Assembly: GCA_964491395.1 (NCBI GenBank)
Contig: CAZBGI010000008.1
Location: 6,176 to 70,175, forward strand
Direction of reading: 5' to 3'
Source of the DNA: an uncultured Bacteroidales bacterium
GTDB lineage: Bacteria > Bacteroidota > Bacteroidia > Bacteroidales > UBA7960
Length of the DNA: 64,000 nt
Shown one piece after another: positions 37,696 to 47,939 of the stretch. Each line of letters starts with the position of its first letter. The first letter of the stretch is position 1. The notes beneath the pieces were generated by a model, which ran no database searches, was not told where the DNA came from, and was given only the letters and a program-made list of their open reading frames with translations. A program made the translations under genes and the position numbers.

Positions 37696-40428
37696 ATGGA
37701 AAATAAGGCAACAAAGCAAAGAGAGATTGAACGAAAAGGGTTGGAAAAAATTCAGGATGACCTGCAGGCCATCACTGCCAGCTTTAAAGAAGTTTTAGCA
37801 GAGCTGGATGAGGAAGACATAGCACAGATGTTGCCTGAAGCAGACCAAAAAGCGGAACCCCGTTCTGAAAGTGAAGGCAACCAGGAAAAATTAGTACAGG
37901 CATTAAGCATTGGTTTTCAGCTCATGAACCTGGTGGAAGAGAATGCCACAGTACAGTTTCGGAGAAAACTGGAAAATTCACTCGGGATGGAAGCAATAAG
38001 GGGTTCGTGGGCCGAGACCTTTTCAAGGTTAAAAGAAGAAGGGTTAAAGGAAGAACAAATTGCCCATATTCTCTCCAAAGTGAAAGTAACACCCGTCCTT
38101 ACGGCTCATCCTACGGAAGCCAAAAGAACATCGGTACTGGATTTACACAGGGACATGTACCTGCAACTGGTAAAAAAGGAAAACCAGATGTGGTCAAAAT
38201 CAGAACAACAAGCCATCCAGGATGATATAAAATCATTGCTGGAAAGATGGTGGCGCACGCGGGAAGTGCATCTTTCCAAGCCCGATCTCGAATCAGAAAG
38301 GAATAATGTGTTGCATTATTATACTCGTGTATTCCCCAAAGCACTGGAAATGAGCGATCAGAAACTAAAGTACACCTGGAAAACCATGGGCTTCAATCCC
38401 TCCATCCTCAGCAAACCTTCCGCTTTTCCTTTGTTGCAGTTTGGAAGCTGGGTGGGAGGAGATCGTGATGGTCATCCCCTGGTAAGTGCTTATGTTACCA
38501 AATCAACCCTTCAGATACACAGAAAAGCAGCCCTGACAATTATTATGGACAGCATGAAAGAACTTGCTGCCAGGGTAACTTTCTCCGATGGACAGAATCC
38601 GGTACCATCATTTTTTCACAATGCCATAGGGCAACTGCAAAATGCATTGGGTAACGAAGGAGAGAAAGCAATCAAGAGAAATCCTCGTGAGCCCTGGCGG
38701 CAATATGTCAATCTGATGCTGGTAAAACTGAGAAATACCATTGAAGAAAACACCACCGAATATGGTGCTTATTACAAAACGGCCTTACAACTTCAACAAG
38801 ATTTGGAGATACTCAGAAACAGCCTGATAGAAATTGGCGCGCATCGCATAGCAGAGGATTTGCTCTTTCCACTCGAACGTCAGGTACAATGCTTTGGTTT
38901 TCACCTTGTTAAACTTGACATCAGGCAAAACAGTGCCTTCCATGAAAAAGCCCTGGAGCAAATGCTCAAGGCCGCATCGATAGAAGACTGGCAGTACAGC
39001 AGTTGGAGCGAAGAAAAAAGGGTTGCCTTTCTTTCTGCAGAACTCAAAACACACCGGCCTTTCGTGGCGGCCGGTATCTGCGTGGGTCCTGAAGCAGATA
39101 AAATCATCTCCTGCTTTTCTGTTTTGAAAAATCATGCCGATAGATTCGGCTACGAGGGAATTGGTTCTCTAATCGTAAGTATGACACGGGATTTAAGTGA
39201 TTTGCTCATCGTGTATCTTTTTATGCGCGAGGTGGGAATGCTTGATGCACCCCTGCAGGTAGTCCCCTTGTTTGAAACCATTGAAGACCTGCAACGTTCG
39301 GATAAGGTACTGGATGCCTTCCTGTCTCATCCCATGACCCGGGGAAGAAAACATCACAGAAATCAGATGCAGGAAGTGATGCTTGGATACAGCGATAGTA
39401 ATAAGGATGGAGGAATCGTTGCCAGCAGATGGAATATCTACCAGGTGGAAGAAAAATTAACTGCCGTGGCAAAAAACCATTCTATCAACCTGAGATTTTT
39501 TCATGGTATTGGCGGCACCATAAGCCGTGGAGGGGGTAAGTACCATCGGTTTCTGGAGAGCATGCCACGTGGCACCATGAGTGGAGAAATCAAACTTACT
39601 GTTCAAGGGGAAACCATTGCCCAACAATTTGCCAATCTCTTGAATGCAACCTATAACCTGGAGATGTTGCTTTCAGGTACCACCCTTCAAACTGCTTATA
39701 CCTTTGCTGTAAATAAGCGTCCGGCATACCCCTACGAGGCAATCAGCAAACTGGCAGTACTATCGCTGAAAAAGTACCAGGAGTTGATCAAAAAACCACA
39801 TTTTATAGAATTTTACGGTCAAGCCACACCTATTGACCTGCTGGAACAAAGCAGGATTGGCTCACGACCTGCCCGTCGCACAGGCCAGCGTAGCCTGGAT
39901 GATTTGCGCGCCATCCCCTGGGTCTTCAGCTGGAACCAATCACGCTTTAATCTCACTGCATGGTACGGAGCAGGGCATGCATTGCAAACGCTAAGAACAG
40001 ACCACCCTGACTATTACAGTCAACTGAAAGAGTTTGCTTACAAATGGCCCTTTTTACGCTATACCCTTATTCACATTGAAACCAATCTGCTCAATGCTGA
40101 TGAAACCTTAATGCAACAATACAGCCATTTGGTGGAAGACCCCGAACTTAAAGAAACCTTCTATTCTTTGATTAAGGAAGAGTATCAAAATGCACGTACC
40201 GAGCTGATTGAATTTCTGGGCGAAGAATCTGAAAACCGGCGACATAGTTTGCTGGCAAACATTGAACGAAGAAAAAGGGAGCTGCAAATCCTGCACAAAT
40301 TGCAAATTGAACAACTTAAAGAATGGCGGACACTGAGTGAAACCGAGAAAACAAGTAAAGAATATATGCTTGACAGGCTTTTGATGATTACCACCGCTTT
40401 GTCTGCAGGTCTGAAAAGTACAGGTTGA
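37696..40428 (+). CDS. ppc: Phosphoenolpyruvate carboxylase
   Basis: 910 aa. Supporting motifs are VLTAHPTEAKR, GYSDSNKDGG, FHGIGGTISRGGG and a C-terminal ..LKSTG. Confidence 0.95.
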   Translation: MENKATKQREIERKGLEKIQDDLQAITASFKEVLAELDEEDIAQMLPEADQKAEPRSESEGNQEKLVQALSIGFQLMNLVEENATVQFRRKLENSLGMEAIRGSWAETFSRLKEEGLKEEQIAHILSKVKVTPVLTAHPTEAKRTSVLDLHRDMYLQLVKKENQMWSKSEQQAIQDDIKSLLERWWRTREVHLSKPDLESERNNVLHYYTRVFPKALEMSDQKLKYTWKTMGFNPSILSKPSAFPLLQFGSWVGGDRDGHPLVSAYVTKSTLQIHRKAALTIIMDSMKELAARVTFSDGQNPVPSFFHNAIGQLQNALGNEGEKAIKRNPREPWRQYVNLMLVKLRNTIEENTTEYGAYYKTALQLQQDLEILRNSLIEIGAHRIAEDLLFPLERQVQCFGFHLVKLDIRQNSAFHEKALEQMLKAASIEDWQYSSWSEEKRVAFLSAELKTHRPFVAAGICVGPEADKIISCFSVLKNHADRFGYEGIGSLIVSMTRDLSDLLIVYLFMREVGMLDAPLQVVPLFETIEDLQRSDKVLDAFLSHPMTRGRKHHRNQMQEVMLGYSDSNKDGGIVASRWNIYQVEEKLTAVAKNHSINLRFFHGIGGTISRGGGKYHRFLESMPRGTMSGEIKLTVQGETIAQQFANLLNATYNLEMLLSGTTLQTAYTFAVNKRPAYPYEAISKLAVLSLKKYQELIKKPHFIEFYGQATPIDLLEQSRIGSRPARRTGQRSLDDLRAIPWVFSWNQSRFNLTAWYGAGHALQTLRTDHPDYYSQLKEFAYKWPFLRYTLIHIETNLLNADETLMQQYSHLVEDPELKETFYSLIKEEYQNARTELIEFLGEESENRRHSLLANIERRKRELQILHKLQIEQLKEWRTLSETEKTSKEYMLDRLLMITTALSAGLKSTG

Positions 40429-40477
40429 TTCAAAAGTTTATTTTGCCTGCCTGCAGTTAAAACGGACGAAAAAATCC

Positions 40478-42199
40478 TTATTTTTTCAGCAGTTTCTGTT
40501 GAATCACAGTATTCCGGGAATAAACCTTCACCAGGTATATTCCCGGTTTCAGTTGGGCAATGTTAATTCCGGTAGGGTTTCCTGTTATATCCTGCTTCAG
40601 GATTAACCGTCCATGCATATCAAATACCATCATCTTTTCAGCATCAGGCATGTTCATCACTGAGATCTGGTCGAGAGCCGGGTTGGGATAAAGTATTTCA
40701 GGATTCTCCAATGGCCCGGAAGGGGTTGATAAAAATATCCCCATTTCCACATCCAGCCAGGTGGTTTCGTAATTGTTTACCGAAACATTATGGATGGTTT
40801 TATCAGGATAACCTTCTGCCTGAAATTCCAGGGTATAGGTTCCTGCAAGCAATGGCCTGCTGTAACCACCATGCTCTGCAGAAGACCATACGTGGGAATT
40901 ATCAACATCATGCCCGGCAATTTGTATTGTAGCACGTACAGGCTCACCGGTGTTGATATCCGTTACTGTTCCTCTGATTCCATACAAACTTTGCTTCATG
41001 TAGTTAAGCATCGACCGATGGTTATACTCCCAGTGGTTTTCGAGCAAATCTGTGGGTAATAATTTTATATCGGAAAGCTCCAGCGTAAACTCTCTCGTGT
41101 TTGCATAATAATTCATATAATCCTGGCGGCTGCCATATACTACATACCAGTCACCGCCATGGGTTACCCCATTGTTAAATGAAGAACCCCATGGATCCAT
41201 ATAACCATCGGGACTATAGTATCTTGCCGTATCAGCATACTCATGCATTACCAGTTGCCACCAGTCATGATCAGCATGAGTCTTTTCGGCTGAAGTCCAG
41301 CTATCCCAGGGATAATTGACACATTCAATACCCCCATGCATATTTGCTGACATTACAAAGTCATAATCCTGTGCCAGATCTATCATGGCCTCCGTTTCAG
41401 GCTGTATAAAATCTTGAGGATCCGATACCGGATTGGGATAGTTTCTGTTCATATCCACAAAATTGACATTCCCTCTTGTAGCTCCTGTAACAGTGGAGTT
41501 GTCTGTGGTATAAGTTCCGTCAGGATTTTCATTGGGACAAATCCAGATCTCAAGATTATCCAGCAAATGCGTTACTGTTTCATCCTCACCATAATTGTTC
41601 AGTAAATAGTGTATCAGTCGTAAGGATAGATTAAACCCGGTAACTTCATCTCCATGGATGGTAGAAGTGTACATAAACCGGGGTTTTTCATGGTCTTCAC
41701 TGATATTGGATGTAATACGTCCAAAAATCAATTTGCGACCGGAGGCCAGCGTCAATATTTCCACTCGCTGGTATAAGTCTGGAAACTGTTCCTCAAACTG
41801 GTTCATCATACTTTCATAAGCCGAATAGGTAGGATAAAAATCCCAGGAATTGATGTTATCTACATCTACCGATGAAACCATATTAATCTGATTCTTATCA
41901 GTAGAGAGCGAAGGAGGTGTCAGTACCTCATAGGATACTTCCTGCTCTGCAAACCATTGAAATTCGGATAAATTGGCATAAGCATAAACAAAACCCGAAG
42001 CCGGATGATAATAATCGATTGAAATCGATCTGCTGAAGTCATTCAACAGTCCGGGGTCATCCAACCCAAATCTGAAATATACTTCTCCCCTGTTTTCCAG
42101 TACCTCATAAGCCTCTTTGTGGTCATTTACACCTTCTCCTTTAACAACAGGGTTCAGCAAAAACAAAAACAATAAGGGAATAAGTCTGACGATCAGCAT
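40478..42199 (-). CDS. M14 zinc carboxypeptidase with T9SS C-terminal sorting domain
   Basis: 573 aa with a signal peptide. Zn ligands lie in STIHGDEVTG (H..E) with a later H. The C terminus LYPNPALDQISV...GIYLVKVYS is a T9SS CTD. Confidence 0.85.
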   Translation of the reverse strand: MLIVRLIPLLFLFLLNPVVKGEGVNDHKEAYEVLENRGEVYFRFGLDDPGLLNDFSRSISIDYYHPASGFVYAYANLSEFQWFAEQEVSYEVLTPPSLSTDKNQINMVSSVDVDNINSWDFYPTYSAYESMMNQFEEQFPDLYQRVEILTLASGRKLIFGRITSNISEDHEKPRFMYTSTIHGDEVTGFNLSLRLIHYLLNNYGEDETVTHLLDNLEIWICPNENPDGTYTTDNSTVTGATRGNVNFVDMNRNYPNPVSDPQDFIQPETEAMIDLAQDYDFVMSANMHGGIECVNYPWDSWTSAEKTHADHDWWQLVMHEYADTARYYSPDGYMDPWGSSFNNGVTHGGDWYVVYGSRQDYMNYYANTREFTLELSDIKLLPTDLLENHWEYNHRSMLNYMKQSLYGIRGTVTDINTGEPVRATIQIAGHDVDNSHVWSSAEHGGYSRPLLAGTYTLEFQAEGYPDKTIHNVSVNNYETTWLDVEMGIFLSTPSGPLENPEILYPNPALDQISVMNMPDAEKMMVFDMHGRLILKQDITGNPTGINIAQLKPGIYLVKVYSRNTVIQQKLLKK

Positions 42200-42244
42200 T
42201 ATATTAAGCTTTTTTTTATAAATTATGGCTCATGTTAAGAAATG

Positions 42245-43138
42245 TCACGGGTTTAATTTTTCGTGCAAGAGGTTCAATTGGTTGTAAACTGCTTTGTTCA
42301 CCTTGGCCAAAGGCAACCTGACATAGTTTTTAGAGAGCCCCATAATCTCCAGCAGGGCTTTAACGCCTGAAGGGCTTCCATCTGCATAAATAGTCTCAAT
42401 GGTATTGAAAAGCTTAAAATGCAGTTCCCGGGCCTGGGCAAAATTGTTATCAAGACAATACCGCACCATCTGGGAGAAATATTTCGGATAAGCATTGGCA
42501 ATCACAGAAATCACACCATCTCCTCCAATAGCCATAAAGGGTAGTGTCAGTGCATCATCTCCGGAGATTACCAGGAAATTCTCAGGCTTGTCTTGTATGA
42601 TGCGTGAACTTTGGGCCAAATCACCCGATGCTTCCTTTACAGCAATTACATTAGGCACCTCATGGGCAATTTTTAAAATCGTATCTGCATCCATATTAGA
42701 ACCGGTACGGGAAGGCACATTATACATAATAACGGGTGCCGGGCTTTCAGCAGCAATGGTTTTGTAATGATTAAAAATGCCTTTGGGTTGGGGTTTATTA
42801 TAATAGGGGCTAACGGACAGAATGGCCGATACACCTGTAAAATCGGTTTCTTTAAGCTGATGAGCAACCTGGCGTGTATTATTCCCACCAATTCCTATTA
42901 CTACGGGAACTCTCTTATCAACTATTTCAATACCAAAATTCTGGACAGCTGTTTTTTCATCATTGTTCAGGGTAACCGATTCCCCGGTAGTTCCCATAAA
43001 AACGATATAGTCGACTCCTTCATTGATCTGGTATTCAATCAGATTCTCAAATGATTTAAAATCAATACTTCCCTCCCGGTGAAAAGGGGTAATAATGGCT
43101 ACTCCGGTACCCCGGAAACTATTTTTGCTTGTTGTCAT
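42245..43138 (-). CDS. dapA: 4-hydroxy-tetrahydrodipicolinate synthase
   Basis: 297 aa. Supporting motifs are GTGVAIITPF, GTTGESVTL, YNVPSRTG and the catalytic Lys in IAVKEASGD. Confidence 0.95.
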   Translation of the reverse strand: MTTSKNSFRGTGVAIITPFHREGSIDFKSFENLIEYQINEGVDYIVFMGTTGESVTLNNDEKTAVQNFGIEIVDKRVPVVIGIGGNNTRQVAHQLKETDFTGVSAILSVSPYYNKPQPKGIFNHYKTIAAESPAPVIMYNVPSRTGSNMDADTILKIAHEVPNVIAVKEASGDLAQSSRIIQDKPENFLVISGDDALTLPFMAIGGDGVISVIANAYPKYFSQMVRYCLDNNFAQARELHFKLFNTIETIYADGSPSGVKALLEIMGLSKNYVRLPLAKVNKAVYNQLNLLHEKLNP

Positions 43139-43682
43139 TATTAGTAATCATTTTTAAATAGTGCATAACTTGGCGGCTGGTCTCCTGCAATGAACTGCTG
43201 TCATCCACCTGAAGCATCAGGTCATATACTTCAACATATTTCTCCACATACCTGCCTACTTTCATTTTGGCCTGAGAAATGGCGCTGAGATACTTCACGT
43301 GATGCAATCCCGAGGGTGTTAAATCTATGAGAATATCATAGGACGGAGATATGAAATCTTTTACATTCTGTGCTACCGGATGCTGATCCCAGGAAAAGGA
43401 GGCGGAATTGCAAAACTCAAAAGTAAGCTTGGGGAAACAATGATCGGGCATCTTCTTTTCTGTCACATAGCCCAGTGTTTTCACCTTTTTCTGGTCCTGT
43501 TGCAATTCTTTGACCAATTGTGTCACGAGGCGGTAATCATTTTCTGAAGTGGCATCATATAGTATCCCCACACTTTCTGCCTGCTGATAACCTACCATGC
43601 TGCGTTTTCTTACCACATTCTTGTGCGCTCTTTTGAGTAACCACAGCCTGAAATTGTCTTGGATTTGTTTAAATGCTTTCAA
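43119..43682 (-). CDS. Conserved hypothetical protein
   Basis: 187 aa. A 20-nt same-strand overlap with dapA suggests an operon. No family recognised. Confidence 0.5.
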   Translation of the reverse strand: MKAFKQIQDNFRLWLLKRAHKNVVRKRSMVGYQQAESVGILYDATSENDYRLVTQLVKELQQDQKKVKTLGYVTEKKMPDHCFPKLTFEFCNSASFSWDQHPVAQNVKDFISPSYDILIDLTPSGLHHVKYLSAISQAKMKVGRYVEKYVEVYDLMLQVDDSSSLQETSRQVMHYLKMITNNDNKQK

Positions 43683-43736
43683 TGTTTTATCCTCAATGAA
43701 TAAATATGTTTTTTATTTTTCTATCCTAGATTCTGT

Positions 43737-44258
43737 TTATGGGTTCTGACGCTTTATCATGCAGTTTTTCAATTCCCCTATATACATCCGGTGATAATCT
43801 TCAGAAGGGTACATCTTGTGCAGGGAAGGGTCAACAAACAGTTCAGGCTTTATATCATCGTGATATATTTTATGACATTCCAATACGATGCGGGCCTGCT
43901 CGAAGTAAACCGATCCATTTTCCGATTCAACAGCTTTTAAGTTTTGGGTTTCCATTTTGTTTATTTCCCTGCCAGAACGCGTCCCCATTACATTCAGCAT
44001 GTCCCGGTAGGATTCATCAAAAAAATTGAGAGTAAAGTGGTCATTTTTTTCCAGAAAATTGTAAGTATATCGTTGGGGCCGAACGAAAATTATTGCGATA
44101 GGCTTATTCCATAAAACTCCTGCAGTTCCCCAGCTTGCGGTCATCATATTATAGTGCTCAGGGCTTCCGCAGGTTATCAGCATCCAGTCCTTGCCAATCA
44201 GTTTAAAAATACTCTCGTTAAGTTTGTTCGCATCTGTTTTTTCAAAATCTGCACCCAT
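43737..44258 (-). CDS. Flavin reductase-like (FMN-binding split-barrel) protein
   Basis: 173 aa. The WMLITCG...NMMTASWGTAGVLWNKPIAIIFVRPQRYTY pattern is typical of flavin-reductase-domain proteins. Confidence 0.7.
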   Translation of the reverse strand: MGADFEKTDANKLNESIFKLIGKDWMLITCGSPEHYNMMTASWGTAGVLWNKPIAIIFVRPQRYTYNFLEKNDHFTLNFFDESYRDMLNVMGTRSGREINKMETQNLKAVESENGSVYFEQARIVLECHKIYHDDIKPELFVDPSLHKMYPSEDYHRMYIGELKNCMIKRQNP

Positions 44259-44699
44259 TATTCAACGGAATTTTAATAATCACCAGTTATCTTGTTCAAA
44301 GTGCGAATGTACCTAAATTTGATGGAATAAAAAATATCATGAACCTGCAAATTTCTCCCTTCAGCCTGTTTAATTACTTTTTTCACTACTGTAAGGGTAA
44401 ATCATCGGGTATTTCCAAAAGTGCCTGTTATCTAGGTCATCCTTACGGCATTAAGACCAAAGGGTAAACGGTTGTTCTGTAAACATTTCACCCCTTAAAG
44501 GGGGTTAAAAATCAATTTCACCTTTGGAAATAATCCCTGAAGGATAATTCGTTTAACGTATTAAGGAATGTCACGACAAATGAGCTCCACAGGAAAGGAA
44601 CATTGTAACCGGTCAACAAGGACTGTTATTTTTTACTCATCCATTATTTGATGTTTGATCTCTGAACTATTGAATATAAACAGGGTTCTACCAATTGAT

Positions 44700-44707
44700 T
44701 ATCTTTG
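44700..44707 (+). promoter_or_regulatory. Bacteroidetes -7 promoter box (TATCTTTG)
   Basis: Exact TAnnTTTG match 79 nt upstream of ATG 44786. Confidence 0.4.
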
Positions 44708-44785
44708 CGCTTTTGGCTATGTAGCTCGGCGAAATACGGAATAGACTTCATGAAGTAGTACCTTACATAAACGCTATAAAAACCT

Positions 44786-45556
44786 ATGATTAAAGTAAAT
44801 GTCCTCGGAACCGGGACCTCTCAGGGTGTACCTGTGGTAGCCTGTGGATGCGAAGTCTGCAAAAGTACAGATATAAAAGATAAAAGACTCAGAACCTCCA
44901 TTATGGTGCAAACGTCTCACAATATTATAGTGGTAGATGCGGGGCCGGATTTTCGTCAGCAGATGCTTCGTGCAAACATAGAACATCTCGATGCCATTCT
45001 TATCACGCACAATCATAAAGACCATATCGGCGGCATAGATGATGTAAGAGCTTTCAACTGGATTCAAAAAAAACCCATGGATATCTATGGCAATAAAAGC
45101 TCGCTGCAAGTCATCCAAAAAGACTTTTCTTATGCTTTCGGGGAAGACAAATATCCTGGTGTGCCGCAAATAAACCTGCATACCATTACCAACAAACCTT
45201 TCACTATTAATCATGATAAAATAATTCCCATTGCTGCCTTCCATGGTAAAATGCCGGTTTTAGGATTCCGAATCGGCAATTTTGCATACCTCACTGATGC
45301 AAGCTTCATTGAACCTGAAGAGTTTGATAAGATGAGAGGTTGTAAAATTATCATTATTAATGCATTAAGAAAAGAACAGCATCACTCACATTTTAATCTG
45401 CAGCAAGCCACCGAACTACTGCAAGAGTTGGGTCCGGAGAAAGGATACATCACCCATATAAGCCACCAGATGGGATTTCATAAAGAAGTGAATGCCTTAT
45501 TACCTCCCGGCATAGAATTAAGCTATGACGGTCTGGAAATCTTCCTCGAGGAGTAA
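44786..45556 (+). CDS. MBL-fold metallo-hydrolase (PhnP/YycJ-like)
   Basis: 256 aa. N-terminal Cys cluster (CGCEVC), the metallo-beta-lactamase motif ITHNHKDHIGG (H.H.DH), and later H and D ligands. Confidence 0.85.
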   Translation: MIKVNVLGTGTSQGVPVVACGCEVCKSTDIKDKRLRTSIMVQTSHNIIVVDAGPDFRQQMLRANIEHLDAILITHNHKDHIGGIDDVRAFNWIQKKPMDIYGNKSSLQVIQKDFSYAFGEDKYPGVPQINLHTITNKPFTINHDKIIPIAAFHGKMPVLGFRIGNFAYLTDASFIEPEEFDKMRGCKIIIINALRKEQHHSHFNLQQATELLQELGPEKGYITHISHQMGFHKEVNALLPPGIELSYDGLEIFLEE

Positions 45557-45613
45557 AAAGATCGCATTTATTTCCGGCCTGATTCGGCCCTGGCATCGAT
45601 GCAAGAGTAGAAA

Positions 45614-47260
45614 TTACTCAATTTTTACTCTTTTGAGAAGCATATGATTAAGGGGGTTGGTTTCAAGATTCTTTACATAATGGGGCAGGAATCTGACTGA
45701 CTGATCATAAAACAGGGGAACCACCGGGGCATGTTCAATGACAATGCTATCCAGCTTTTTATAATATTCGTATCTTGCTGAATCAATTACCACAACCTTA
45801 GACTGCTGGTAAATCCTGTCAAATTCAGGATTTGAAAAGCGTGTATAATTGGGTCCTGCGGGAGCATGATTGGGAGAATAAAACAAGGCAAGATAATTTT
45901 CAGCATCGGGATAGTCAGCAATCCAGGAAGCTCTGAAAACAGGGGCTTCGGCTTTTGCCATTAATTCGCGCAAAGTGGCAGGGGGCATCACGTTGATTTG
46001 CAAATCAATCCCAATGCGCGCCAATTCGTGCTGAATATACTGTGCGATATCCATGTAAAGTGAAGTGGTAGAGAGTTCGATAGGTGGCAGTCCCTGACCA
46101 TTGGGGAAACCCGCTTCTTCCAGCAATGCTCCTGCTTTATCGGGCTGGTAGGTATAACCTCCTTCATTGGCATCAAACCCGGGCATCCCTACCGGCACGA
46201 AACCGGCATGCGCCGGAGTGCCCAGGTTGTTTCTCAGGTACTTGAGCATTTTTGCACGATCAAAGCCATAGTTGACAGCCTGTCTTACTTTCTTTTTCTG
46301 CAAGGCTGATAAACTGCGTGGTGCAGTATCATCAACCAGGATACCCAAATATTCCGTATTTAAGAAAGGGCGGGTAATTTTATAAAAGCGATCATGGTAT
46401 TTTGCCTGTAATTCTCCTTCAGGAGTCAGCAATTCGTCTTTATAGCTTGCATCAATGCGTGTAAGGATATCAAGGTTTCCCTTAATGAACTCGAGAAAGG
46501 CCGTTTGCCGGTCCTGGATAAAACTGATTGCGACAGCATCAAGATGAGGAAGTCGATCAGATTTATCGAACTCAAAATAGCGTTCATTTTTGGTAAAAAC
46601 AAGTTTTACTCCCTCTTTCCAGTATTGAAAACGGAAAGGACCGGTTCCTACGGGAGCTTTGCGAAAATCAAGCCCCCGGCTTTCAACCACTTCATGAGGC
46701 ACTACAGAACAATAGACCATACATAGTAATCCTGTCATGGGAGGAAAGGGTTCTTTCAACCTGATTTGCAATATTGTATCTGCCAGTGCTTCTATATCCA
46801 AAGAGTTATCGGCCTTTCGTGCCACCGGGTTCATTACCCAGCTGCCGGGAGAGTTCAGGGCAGGATCAATAAGCCGTTCGAAACTGTATACAAAATCATC
46901 TGCCACCACCCTTCTGCCCTTCTGATTGTCAAAGGCTTCATCATCATGAAAATAGATATCATCGCCAAGAAAAAAGGTATAAACTGTTCCATCCTCAGAT
47001 ATTTCCCAGCGATGGGCAATAGCAGGTTGTACATTTAACAAGGTGTCGAGTTGAACAAGTCCGTTAAAAATCTGAGAGGCAGCCCATATATTCGATTGAT
47101 TACGAGCATACACCGGATCGAGTGAGGTAATATTTCCGTCTTCGTTGTATCGAAAAAGCGAAAGATGCGAATGATCTTCAAAAGATTCCTTGCAGGAAGG
47201 AATAAAGGCAATAACCAGAAGAACAAATACAAAAAAAGATGGTTTAGGCATAACTGTCAA
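45614..47260 (-). CDS. ABC transporter substrate-binding lipoprotein, family 5 (peptide/nickel type), orphan
   Basis: 548 aa with lipobox ..AFIPSC. SBP_bac_5-like blocks (DPVYARNQSNIWAASQIFNGLVQ, AESWE-like HRWEISEDGTVYTFFL). No permease or ATPase gene lies adjacent. Confidence 0.8.
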   Translation of the reverse strand: MTVMPKPSFFVFVLLVIAFIPSCKESFEDHSHLSLFRYNEDGNITSLDPVYARNQSNIWAASQIFNGLVQLDTLLNVQPAIAHRWEISEDGTVYTFFLGDDIYFHDDEAFDNQKGRRVVADDFVYSFERLIDPALNSPGSWVMNPVARKADNSLDIEALADTILQIRLKEPFPPMTGLLCMVYCSVVPHEVVESRGLDFRKAPVGTGPFRFQYWKEGVKLVFTKNERYFEFDKSDRLPHLDAVAISFIQDRQTAFLEFIKGNLDILTRIDASYKDELLTPEGELQAKYHDRFYKITRPFLNTEYLGILVDDTAPRSLSALQKKKVRQAVNYGFDRAKMLKYLRNNLGTPAHAGFVPVGMPGFDANEGGYTYQPDKAGALLEEAGFPNGQGLPPIELSTTSLYMDIAQYIQHELARIGIDLQINVMPPATLRELMAKAEAPVFRASWIADYPDAENYLALFYSPNHAPAGPNYTRFSNPEFDRIYQQSKVVVIDSARYEYYKKLDSIVIEHAPVVPLFYDQSVRFLPHYVKNLETNPLNHMLLKRVKIE

Positions 47261-47351
47261 ACGGAAAATCTAAGCAAATATCAATAAAAGCCCGAAATTA
47301 CAAAATTCCTGTTTCTGATTGGGTGAGACTTGAAAATAAATGCCTTGATTT

Positions 47352-47387
47352 CAAAAAAAACAACAGGAAAATGTCCATTCTCCTGTT
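47352..47387 (-). terminator. Hairpin terminator after the 47392-47829 gene
   Basis: 7-bp stem aacagga / tcctgtt with a 12-nt loop, followed on the minus strand by GTTTTTTTT. Confidence 0.5.
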
Positions 47388-47391
47388 TTGG

Positions 47392-47829
47392 TTATTTACG
47401 GTAAAATTTGCGGTACAGAAATTTGCGGGGATAAAAGATACCCATTAGGGGTAGATAGAGGAAATAATCCAGTAACCGGGAAGGGGTTTCGTATTCAATA
47501 TCGTCAATGATAAAACTTGTATGATTATCGCGTGCTACTACCCTGTGGCTATGCTTCCAGTAGCTAATCCCAAAAGGCACCCTTAAACCCCGGTCAACAA
47601 AGCCATATTCGCGATGAGAAATCCACATCTCTTTGATGATAACTGTCCAGTGCCCCATGAAGGGAATATTGAATTTCAAATCGATGATATCGCCCGGATT
47701 TTGACCCTCATACCGTTTTATCGTTGCAATAGCAAAGGGTGGCATCAGGTAATCAAACAGTTTCTTGTTGAAATCCTGGTGTACCCTCTCAAAGGTAGCA
47801 TTAACGGTGGTAATCAAGCGAATTCTCAT
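47392..47829 (-). CDS. Hypothetical protein (possibly SRPBCC/START-like fold, unverified)
   Basis: 145 aa with no signal peptide. Assignment rests on length and a loose pattern only. Confidence 0.4.
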   Translation of the reverse strand: MRIRLITTVNATFERVHQDFNKKLFDYLMPPFAIATIKRYEGQNPGDIIDLKFNIPFMGHWTVIIKEMWISHREYGFVDRGLRVPFGISYWKHSHRVVARDNHTSFIIDDIEYETPSRLLDYFLYLPLMGIFYPRKFLYRKFYRK

Positions 47830-47939
47830 AGACCCTCCGGGTTAAAATAAGATTGATTGTATAACCCACGAAGCAGAGTCTTGTTTAACTCTTACGCAAA
47901 AATAGATAAACAATTTTATCGTACCTGTAAAATAGGTAA

